Positions 52,156 to 64,000 of a DNA stretch of 64,000 nt are shown here, piece by piece. The position numbers and the translations under genes are program-made. The notes under the pieces were generated by a model. It was not told the origin of the DNA, searched no databases, and saw nothing but the letters and a program-made list of their open reading frames with translations. The stretch comes from Eledone cirrhosa (taxonomy: Eukaryota), in assembly GCA_964016885.1 (NCBI GenBank), contig OZ024741.1, positions 52,514,001-52,578,000 of the forward strand. The letters run 5' to 3'. Numbering within the stretch: position 1 is the stretch's first letter; every line of letters starts with the position of its first letter.

Positions 52156-52294
52156 TATAGCGTACTTTGTGGTATTCGTTTCGGCTCCCAGCACTCTGAG
52201 CTCAAATCACGCCGATCAACTTTATGTTTCAGCATTTTGACGTCGATAAGTTCATATTAGAACAATGGGATTGATGAGTTAATATCTGTATACA

Positions 52295-53327
52295 ACAACT
52301 ACAACGGTACGCGATGGGGCCCAGCCACAGCCCCGGCGGACAGAATGGAGAAGGCGTTTCTCCGGAGGACGGCAAGGGAGACGCGCTGGAAAAGCCACTC
52401 CAACTAACGGGGCTCACACCTGCGGCTGGCTAGCTCAGCGCCTATGGTGGTGAGTAAGGAGGTAGCCCTCGGGCCAAGGACACCAGAAGTCTCCACTCCC
52501 AGGGGAACGATCGCAAACCTGCTGGAGAGCGACCGGTATTTGAGGAGTTTGGCCCTCTTAGCCCGAGTGCAGCAGAACCTGGGTCAGTCGCAGACTGCAC
52601 CAGGTTGCGGCTGCAGAAAATGTCGGTGCAAGTGGCATCCCAGACGAGGGGTTTGCAAACGCGGAACGGGAAGATGGTCATGGCATCTGGTCTTTTGCCG
52701 TCCCCTCGATCCAGCCCCACCGGCTCGAGCTGGGAGGGGAAGCCTGCAGAGTCCAAGCCATGCTTAATGACCTCACTGTGGCGACAGGAAAGCGGGTGGA
52801 GGCTGAAAGAGTCCACGGTGGAACCGCAGCGACATTGGTGTGGCTGGCAGAGGCCGAGCCTCAGGGAAACGCCGATTCGCAGGCTATGGTTGTCTAGCTG
52901 CGTGCCAGTGGAGAAGGAGGGCAGGGCATGGAGCCAGGCACCACTGTGGGGTTTGGAGGCCGCACGAAAACAAGCAAGGCGGTGCTGGTCAAGCTGGCGC
53001 GTGATCCTGTCTGAGGCCAGGCTGCACTGGATGGCATCCCAAGTGCGTTGGGGGGACTTGCCGTCAACAGGGGGGGGGGAGGAGGAGGGACGTGTACTGG
53101 GCTAAGTCCCAGCCGGTCCCACGTCTCACAGGCGGCCTCACGTTCTCTGAACACAGAGGGTTCTGTTGTGTTTTGAAGAACCCTGCTGACGAGGATGCGG
53201 CACGAGGTTACCGACGAAAGATACGCCGGCAAAGCTAGTGAGATCGGGGACCGGAGGCCAAGGCCGCCATACCTGACCGGTAAAGTGGGCTGTTGCCACC
53301 CTATGTCGTCAAACTTGACGTTGCATT
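52295..53327 (-). mobile_element. CRE-clade non-LTR retrotransposon 3' fragment with restriction-like endonuclease
   Basis: CGSTVDSFSLHPLSC, RH, LEPVGLDRGDGKRPDAMTIFPF..KPLVWDATCTD; GC-rich. Confidence 0.75.
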
Positions 53328-53374
53328 CTGAAATCCTGTGAATCCATTAGACTTTAATATATATATCTAAAAAA

Positions 53375-53644
53375 GTCTAAAGTCTGTCTTCAACCAGAAG
53401 GATCAATTGTCCGGTGCTTAGCCCGGTTTCATGGCATGAAGCGACTGAAAGTACAAGAGTGCCCGCTGTACTGGACGTTAGTCCATCGCAGGGCGAAACG
53501 CCCAGCTATTGCTGGTACTCATTTTCAGCTGAGCAACATGAAATGAAGTGTTTTGCCCAAGAACACAACACTCAACCTAGGAATCGAACAAACGACATTA
53601 TGATCGTAAATCCAAACCCTTACCACATGGCCACGTACCTCCAC

Positions 53645-53645
<1 letters not shown>
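53375..53645 (-). mobile_element. SINE family C
   Basis: Reverse-complement similarity to 34108-34365. Confidence 0.7.
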
Positions 53646-53716
<71 letters not shown>

Positions 53717-53751
53717 AGCGTGTGCGTGTGTGTGTGTGTGTGTATATATAT

Positions 53752-54700
<949 letters not shown>

Positions 54701-55488
54701 TTTTTGTATATATATATATATACAGTTAGAGATGATCCCGCTTAGAGTGAAAGCTGAAATTGTTTGCTTAAACAATTAATTTGTGTTAATAATATATCTC
54801 ATAGCAGCCAAACTTATGGATGTCATCCAACCATGCTCGGGGTTTACTCCTCCTGGGTCTACTGCCTGTTGGTTTTCCCCTTAAAATATGTCCAATACCT
54901 GGTGTGGTATTTCGTGGTTAGTTCAGGAATGGAGGTAAATACTTCAATAAAGACGAAAGGCCGGATTCAAAATATTCCTTTAATATTGCGAAAGTCACAA
55001 TACGTATTTCTATGGCCTGCTTACACCATCGGTTCGTCATAGTAGTCACACTGACTGCGTGCCACCTCCGAATAAATTCTATTCTCTGTTTATGTTTGCC
55101 TTAATTCAGTAATTGATTACTTAATATTTGCAATTTACACCTAATGACGTCACCAGAAGTCTTACGTCATGATCTGACGAAGTAAGCAGATCATAGAAAT
55201 ACGCATTGTGATTTTTGTAATCTTAAAGTATATACGACGAGGGGCCCAATTAGGTCCAAACATCGATTAAAGATGCTTATCATTTGTTCAATTTATGGGG
55301 ACATTCGTATTTTCTGGCATGTTTACATGTCTACATATTAAAAATGTGTATATTTATAGTATTTATATACACATTGATGCAATAGGTGACCCACTCTGTA
55401 TATACATATATAAGTTTGTTGCACACTTCAGCTGCTATCGCTCTTATTAATATGCAGTGAAAATACATACTACACACACGCACACATA

Positions 55489-55537
<49 letters not shown>

Positions 55538-56230
55538 CATTAGGATTTCACACACCGAAGTACTCATCCGTTAGCACACATATATATAGGTAAAGAGAGA
55601 GGGAAATAAGTATGTGCACACATAAACATACATACAGACACATAAAAATGCGCACATATTGACACAAATACACAAACACACAAGCACAGACACATATATA
55701 TACACGTTCACACATTGCGGGCCATATTTTCACCGCATAAATCTCCTCCACGTATTGTACAAAATGAAATAGAAAAAAAAAGGCAAACGAGAAGAAGAAT
55801 ACGATAAGACACCATGTGGTGGTGGTAGTAGGGTCTTGGCTGTTAAAGGGTGAGAAAATGTTGAAAGGGATGGTGTTGGAAAGCAGTGTTTCTAACCGAG
55901 GTGTATAAGTTGTGGAAACGTGGGTGATGAGGTCGTGGGGAATGGGGAGCTATCGCCATGTTTAGATGTCGGCTGCTTTCTTTAGATTAGTTTTTAATGC
56001 TAGTTGTTAAGAAGCAGAAAGCCTTCTTTATTGTTGGTGTATTTTCCTTCTTCCAAAAGGTTCTCTATTCCATCCATGTTCTGCGAAAGACTGCTATGTT
56101 TTATTGGTTTCTCGAAACCTCACCAGTCTCACCTATGTCCATTATATCACATTAATTATGATTTAACTATTAATATGTATACTTACAAATACACACACAC
56201 ATATATATATATATATGATATATATAATAG

Positions 56231-56275
<45 letters not shown>

Positions 56276-56328
56276 TACATATGAATATATGTGTTAAGTA
56301 TACAGACACATATATATGTATATACATA

Positions 56329-56453
<125 letters not shown>

Positions 56454-56724
56454 ATAATCATAAATATATAAAAACACACACACACATTTATATATATATA
56501 TATGTGTGTGTGTGTGTATGCATACACACAGATATACATATATATATATACATACACACACACACATATGTATATATATGTATGTGTGTATATGAGTACA
56601 CATACATAGATATATGAATACACATACACACCATGTATGTATATGTGCATATATATCTGCAAATATATACATATTTTCTGCAACTGTATGTGTACCTCAC
56701 ATAATACATTTATAGAAGCACACT

Positions 56725-56761
<37 letters not shown>

Positions 56762-56928
56762 ACGATTAATAAATACACATACATACGCTTACATTAATAC
56801 ATACATGACTGAAAACACACTCACACATATATGTATATGAGTCTTTTATATATAGAAGCTTTATGTGCACACACACATTTTCAAACACTCACACAGATAC
56901 ACAGACACACAGACACACACACAGACAC

Positions 56929-56983
<55 letters not shown>

Positions 56984-57159
56984 AATGCATAAATATATAT
57001 TTCACATATAGAAATTTATACATACAGATGCAGATGTATACACTCCTGGACAAATGCATATATAAAGACAAATTTACAGACAAATAAACACGCACGCACA
57101 TATATATTTATATATTGTACATCTATGAAACTGGCCGTGTACATACTAAGCCATTAACA

Positions 57160-57241
<82 letters not shown>

Positions 57242-57263
57242 AATATATATATATATATATATA

Positions 57264-57366
<103 letters not shown>

Positions 57367-57779
57367 TTAACATTTGGTATTTTCCTCGAGATAAAATGGA
57401 GGTCGTAAAATTGTTCATACCGTTCGGTGGTTATCTGCAAACTTTGGCACATTGCTGCCGCCATCGATACCACCAACGCCTCACCAACCATCACCACTGC
57501 CACCTCTGTACGACTTTTCCACCATTACCGCCGCCCTACACCCAACCGCCAGTCACCACAACAAGACAACGGCCGCAGCAGCAGCAGCAGCACCACCACC
57601 ACCACCACCACCACCACCACAACCGTCATCACCACCACGACTATCACAAGCAACAACAGCAACATCAACAGGACCTATAATTTACCACCAGTACCACCAC
57701 TGTAGCGTTCGTCATGTCTCCCCAACAACAGCACTGCTAATACTTTACTAGCACCCCCATCGTTAGCAACGATACATCC

Positions 57780-58100
57780 ACAACCACCATTCGCAACCCC
57801 CCCCCCCGCACCACCACCACCTCGACCACCATTAGCAACATATCACCCCCACCACCACAATTGGCAACACCGCAGTCACGACCACCATTAGCAACATAAC
57901 ACCACTCCCACACCCACCACCACCATTAGCAACACACCACCACCACCACCATTAGCAACATATCACCTCCACCTCCACAATTGGCAACACCGCAGTCACG
58001 ACCACCATTAGCAACATAACATCACTCCCACGACCACCATTAGCAACATAACATCACTCCCACACCCACCACCACCACCACCACCACCATTAGCAACATA
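57780..58100. repeat. Degenerate minisatellite (ACCACCATTAGCAACA units)
   Basis: Seen directly. Confidence 0.7.
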
Positions 58101-58559
58101 CCAACAATCACACCACGACCTCTACAATAACCACACCACCACCACTACCACCACAACAACAATTCTAACACTGCAACAACAACCTCACCACCACCCCCAA
58201 AACAACCTCCACCACCAACACAGCAACAACAACAACATTAAGATGAATAGCCATAAAACAGAGGTAATAAATAATTGTGAACCCCTCTTTTACACAACGC
58301 CATTATCACCACCGCCATCACCACCACCACCACCACCACCTACCAACACCACCAGCACCACCAGCACCACCACGATCATCACCACTTCTTTATCTTTATT
58401 ACAAAGACATTTCATATACTTCTTCTGCCCTTCTCCGCTTTCTTTCTCTCATTCTTTCTTTCTTTCTTCCTTTCTTGCTTTGTTCTTTGTTCTTTCTGTT
58501 TTTCTTTAATTCTAATTTTCAGATATAATTCCACGGATTTAACTGGTTTTCATTGGCAA

Positions 58560-59528
58560 AGGTCTTTGACTGCTTTGCATTTCTTATTAAGAGAAAAAGG
58601 TGACGATCTGTGTGCATGAGGTCGGGCGAATAAGGCGGGTGGGACAGAACCTCCCAACCTTGTCCCAACAGCATCTCAAGAGCCATCCTTGATGTATGCG
58701 GCCTAACGTTATCATGAAATAATCAAACAGGATTATGGTGTGAGTTCTGGTGTTTGGTGGGAGCAGGACGTAGTGGATGAAACCTTTCCAGTGCTAACAT
58801 ATACTCAGTAGGGCGTTGCAAAGGTGGAGGCCAGCTTTTGTTTGCTTTTGTGGCCCACTTTCTTCAACGATCGCTTGCGCTTGACATTAATGTCAAGACA
58901 CCACTTTTCATCATCAGTGACAATGTAACGTACCCAGTTGGTTGTGCGATGGTAGGAGAGAAGAGAAATCGCAGCTGTCGCCCGACACACGCTATTACGG
59001 TCATTCAGTTTATGGTGCACCCATTGGTCCAGTGAACACTTTCCCTATTGCCTGTAAATGATTGAGGATGGTTGTTTTCGATGCCTCAAGCGCTTTGGAG
59101 AGTTGACAAACTCTCTTCTGCTTTATGTCTATTCATTTGGCGTCGGTCGGCTTCCACCAGCTGACGCAGTTGCACGACATTGAAGCCGAATGGACATCTT
59201 GCGCGAATTCGATCTTCAAGGCTATAATCGCCAGCACAGAAGCGGGTGAACTTATCTCTGGCACTCCGTTCAGACATGGTGTTTCACCTAAATGCATTGT
59301 TGATGCAACGATTCGATGTTGCTTGCCCTTGGCCAGATTTGAAGTAATAAAGTAAACAGCCACAAATAAATGATTTGATAGACCACGCTGCTTTCCCTTT
59401 GAAGACAATGGAAAATGAGATTTATATGTACTGCATACCAACGTCACGTCTTATATATGTGCGCATATATAAACTCTCCCAAAATACTTCCTTTTGAAAA
59501 ACGACAGGAACTTTCTGTCCAACCCAAA
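58560..59528 (-). mobile_element. Degenerate mariner transposon
   Basis: SERSARDKFTRFCAGDYSLED HTH-region peptide, IVTDDEKW first catalytic-D motif, TIR-like TTGGGTTGGACAGAAAGTTCC at 59528. Confidence 0.75.
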
Positions 59529-59742
59529 AGATGTATAATACGTATAATATAGAATCATGTATTTACAGTAGCTCGCGTCAAAAATGATCACCCATAGGCA
59601 TTTTCTATTCAAACCACATATTGACACGTAAAAAACGCCGTTAATATAAACACAGGGTAATTAATACTAAATCAGCGTATTTCCACCGGTGTTAACATTG
59701 TTGACCTCAATAGCACATCGAGTTTTAACACACCTTATTAAA

Positions 59743-59791
<49 letters not shown>

Positions 59792-59832
59792 AGCACATAC
59801 ATACATACATATGTATATCTATATATCTATTT

Positions 59833-59940
<108 letters not shown>

Positions 59941-60164
59941 GAGATCCTTGTATAATTGAGAATTATACGGTAAAATAAATCAGCATCAACAAAACTAACA
60001 TTGACAACAGCAATGGTAATTTGTAAAGTCGAGGCCGACAACACGAACAATAACAACAAGTCAACATTTTAACTGAAGACTGTGAGTTATGTTGCGTGTG
60101 TATGTGTGTTTAAGGAGATATAATTTAGATGTAAAGTGTGTGAGGTATAATCCAAACAAGACGA

Positions 60165-60365
60165 ACAACAACTATAACTACACAACGACTAGAACTACTA
60201 TAACAACAACAACAACAACAATAACTACACAACGACTAGAACTACTATAACAACAATAACAACTATAACTACACAACGACTAGAACTACTATAACAACAA
60301 CAACAACAATAACTACACAACGACTAGAACTACTATAACAGCAACAATAACAACAACAACAACAA
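60165..60365. repeat. Four-copy minisatellite AACTACACAACGACTAGAACTACTATAAC + (AAC)n
   Basis: Seen directly. Confidence 0.85.
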
Positions 60366-60889
60366 CTAAATACACAATGTCAATAACAACAACAAGAGTA
60401 AAGAGTCCGTATATGATTAAAAAGGAAAGCAAAGCAAAAATACACTTAAAAATTCAAATAGACGAGAAAAAGAGAGTAAATATAGAGAAAATAACCACAT
60501 AGTGAAGAAAAGCTAAGCAACAAAGTAAAAAAGAGGGGAAAAACAAATCAGATCCTGGAGCACAATAGCTTGACAATATTTTAATATGGCGGAAAAACTC
60601 TTGAGATAAGAAGACGTGTTATGGCGAGGTTTCGATAGACACTACAGCTTCCCATTGTTGTTTTCTTTTGCTGATATGTGTGAGTGAGTGCGTGTGTCCG
60701 TCCGTGTGTTTGTATGTGTGCGTATGTGCGTATGTGTGTATGTGTGTATGATTGTATGTATGTATGTTTGTTTGTTTATATGTATGTTGTATGTATATAT
60801 GTCTGTATGTATGTATGTGTGTATATATGTATGTGTGTTTGTTTGTGTATATGTATGTATGTATATCTGTATGTATGTCTGTCTGTCTA

Positions 60890-60952
<63 letters not shown>

Positions 60953-60991
60953 ATATTAAATAAATGGAAACTATATTTATAAAACCATACT

Positions 60992-61054
60992 TATTTTATT
61001 ATATATATTTCAAGGGTACCAAGTCACATTGGTACGCTTTCATCAGATAAAATA
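60992..61054 (-). ncRNA. Type I hammerhead ribozyme (mirror copy)
   Basis: Reverse complement of 61198-61260. Confidence 0.8.
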
Positions 61055-61197
61055 CAAAGTTTGTTTTATAAATAGGGACATACCTATGAAAATCATACCT
61101 TATCGATTGGATATTCACTGGATAGTCTATCTAGTGAATATCCAACCGATAAGGTATGATTTTCATGGGTATGTCTCTATTTATAAAACAAACTTTG

Positions 61198-61260
61198 TAT
61201 TTTATCTGATGAAAGCGTACCAATGTGTCTTGGTACCCTTGAAATATATATAATAAAATA
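61198..61260 (+). ncRNA. Type I hammerhead ribozyme
   Basis: TATTTTAT-CTGATGA-AAGCGTACCAA..TTGGTACCCTT-GAAA-TATATA-TA-ATAAAATA. Confidence 0.82.
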
Positions 61261-61390
61261 AGTATGGTTTTATAAATATAGTTTCAATTTATTTAATATC
61301 ATTGAATATTTACTCCAGTAAACTGCTGAGCGCCCTAAATCAGTTATAAACATTTATATTTGTCGGACTTCCAACAAATTAAATACCCCT

Positions 61391-61442
<52 letters not shown>

Positions 61443-61446
<4 letters not shown>

Positions 61447-61682
61447 GTATAGGATTACCCAAGATGTAGTAATGGTTAATTACTACACTGGATATGGTTG
61501 ACGTACGAGTTATGGAAGAATTGTTGAAGAAACTTAGTTCCTGATCCTTCTGTATTCCGGAGTGTATATAAAGAATGAATAATAACAGGTAGACATCATA
61601 AAAAGGTAATTTATTCCGTGTGCGCACACGGAATAAATTACCTTTTTATGATGTCTACCTGTTATTATTCATTCTTTATATA
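61443..61682 (-). mobile_element. Hairpin element: perfect 118 bp palindrome (61565-61682) + tail, in (TA)n
   Basis: Apex GTGTGC|GCACAC; unique tail on the left. Confidence 0.7.
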
Positions 61683-61687
61683 TATAT

Positions 61688-61757
<70 letters not shown>

Positions 61758-62133
61758 TATATAGATATATGTAATATATGAACGCTAAAATGTATGGGAA
61801 TGTGGCGTAAGCTAGGAGAGATTGGTTAAAGGAGGATACACCACACACACACACACACGCACATATATATACAGCGTTGGCCAGTTCTTTGAGGACGCGT
61901 TTATTAAAAGTTCTTTTTTCTAATTTGCTCTTATTATGCTTTCTTTTCAGATAAATGATGACAGACATTAAGCTAACCCAAATAGAGCTCATCCTTCATG
62001 ACCTATGCGTCTTGCAAATGTCATCAAAGAACTGAGAAACACACACATGTATATATGATGCCCGGGTTAAATCGGAGGTAATAACAGTAAGGTACTCAAT
62101 ATATTAGTAGAGTGTATACAACAAAATTTGTTT

Positions 62134-62571
<438 letters not shown>

Positions 62572-62579
62572 TAGATATG

Positions 62580-64000
62580 TTTCTTTTATTTGCCACAAGG
62601 GCATCAAAAGTGGGACAAGTACAATGGGGGGAGTTTACAAAACAAGGCGTCCTCAATAGGGAGGAGGCAATAACAATATATAAAAATAAAATAAAATATA
62701 ACAAAAAATAGAATTATAACAAAATCCTCAATAGAGGATTTTGTTATAAAATATAACAAAAAATAAAATTTATAACAAAATCCTCAATAGAGAGGAGGCG
62801 CCTTGGGGGGTCGCACACACCCCCGAAAAATGTGTGCAACCCTTTTCCTCAGGAGCACAGAGAGGGGGTGCTCCCTCGTTCCTTCCTCTTTTCCACCTAC
62901 AGGCTCATGTAAAGAGAAGGCCCATTCACACGGGCCATTCTCGCCACTTTCACCCACCTTTCATAAAAACGACTGGGGTGCAGCACCTCTCTCTCCATCC
63001 TGATCCTTCTTCCGAAATGATATCGGAAGAAACGGACCAGTTGTTGGCCAGAGAGAAAGGTGCCTGACCTCAGTCCTTTCAGACGCGTCCACCATACAAC
63101 CTCTTTCGCCATGGCTATTACGCACAGAAACACCGCCTCTGCTTCATCTTTGAAGGGGGGAGGCGGTTTGATCATTACAATAGACTCGGTGGTCAACCGG
63201 ATCGGTCCCACCCTTGACAGCAGTTGTTCGACATAGCCCCACAGATCGGCTACGCCCGAGCAGTGTACCAATGCGTGTGCAACGGTTTCCTCGTCGCACA
63301 CGCATCTGGGACAGATCTTTTTGGCGGGGTCCCTACCCGGGCGCCCGTGTCTGTAGAGCCTTTCTCGAACGGGTAAAGCTCCTCGGTAGCACTGCCAGGC
63401 CAGGGACTTCTGGAAGTTGTCCATAGGTCCCGGGCTGAATGTCCTACCGAACAGGCTGGCCAGTTCGTCCTCCTCCATGTCTAGGGCTTCTCCGAGGGCG
63501 TCGTCGCACCTGCTGCGTACCAGCCCTCTATAGAATGTTGCGGTGGAGTCTCCAGTGATAACCGGATCCGCCTGCCAGAGGGCAATGAGCGCCTGGGCAC
63601 ACTCAGTGTGCCAGGCGTCCAGTTTTCTCGGTCTTTGCTTGACCCAGGATTGCAGCTCGGTGAGTGAGACGAGTCTGGGAAAGGTTCGTCTCACAAACGA
63701 GGCCCACACCGGTTGTCCGGTGAGGAATACGTAGAGGTGCCGTAGCCTTAATGCGTGTTTACGCATCATTAGCCACGGCATCCCCAGCTCTCCTTTCGAA
63801 GGGTGTTGACAGCAGATGGATCTCCTCACCATAGGAGCCCGCCTCTTCCAAAGGAATTGGAAGAGCGCGCGCTCCATCTTGGTGAGGGTTTCCCTTGGGC
63901 AGGGCACTACGGTCAGGCGGTAGTAGATGACGGACGCTATGTAGGTGTTCGCCACCTCCGCCCGACCTTTCAGGGATAGTTTGCAACTGGCCCACTTCTG
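62580..64000 (-). mobile_element. Tx1 LINE 3' part of another subfamily; ORF2 C-terminus open 62897-63955, continues beyond the window
   Basis: ANTYIASVIYYRLTVVPCP..CPRCVCDEETVAHALVHC homologous to the ORF2 at 40.4-41.5 kb. Confidence 0.9.

Larger units (their letters stand above)
60948..61395 (+). mobile_element. PLE-derived hairpin element: 357 bp palindrome (apex 61126) + ~90 bp tail, in (TA)n
   Basis: Arms are reverse complements with ~6 mismatches; hammerhead in each arm. Confidence 0.8.

Noticed and set aside
55135-55215. Possible hammerhead (CTAATGA...GAAA-TACGCA-TT)
   Set aside because: Core and stem III both mutated and stem I only 3 bp
60165-60365. Repeat-spacer-like array
   Set aside because: Spacers are (AAC)n variants in eukaryotic DNA; a minisatellite, not CRISPR
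60948-61304. Idea that arm mismatches record A-to-I editing of the RNA template
   Set aside because: Mismatch types are mixed (G-A, T-T, G-T, A-C) with no directional bias visible

Overview
Eukaryotic, AT-rich, repeat-saturated DNA. The SINE, Tx1, RTE and Dong families and the dense (TA)n/(TATG)n/(CA)n tracts look like an Octopus-type cephalopod genome (inference). No host exon could be supported, and most ORFs in the track are translated microsatellites. Main content: (1) a ~5.65 kb fold-back palindrome of a 5'-truncated Penelope-like element (PLE; RT + GIY-YIG) at 12.3-18.0 kb, with a type I hammerhead ribozyme (U3-A8 core variant) at each end; (2) at least seven small, mostly sequence-unrelated 'palindrome + one-sided tail' elements in (TA)n tracts, several carrying hammerheads, some folded back at a (likely) hammerhead stem III palindrome, and several sharing an ACTC...GAGY tail hairpin; (3) two tandem full-length Tx1/L1-clade LINEs with near-identical ORF2 but clearly different 5'UTR/ORF1; (4) degenerate Dong/R4, RTE, CRE, Tx1, PLE and mariner fragments, two MITEs and about 15 tRNA-derived SINEs. 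All calls were made by eye; no searches or folding computations were run.
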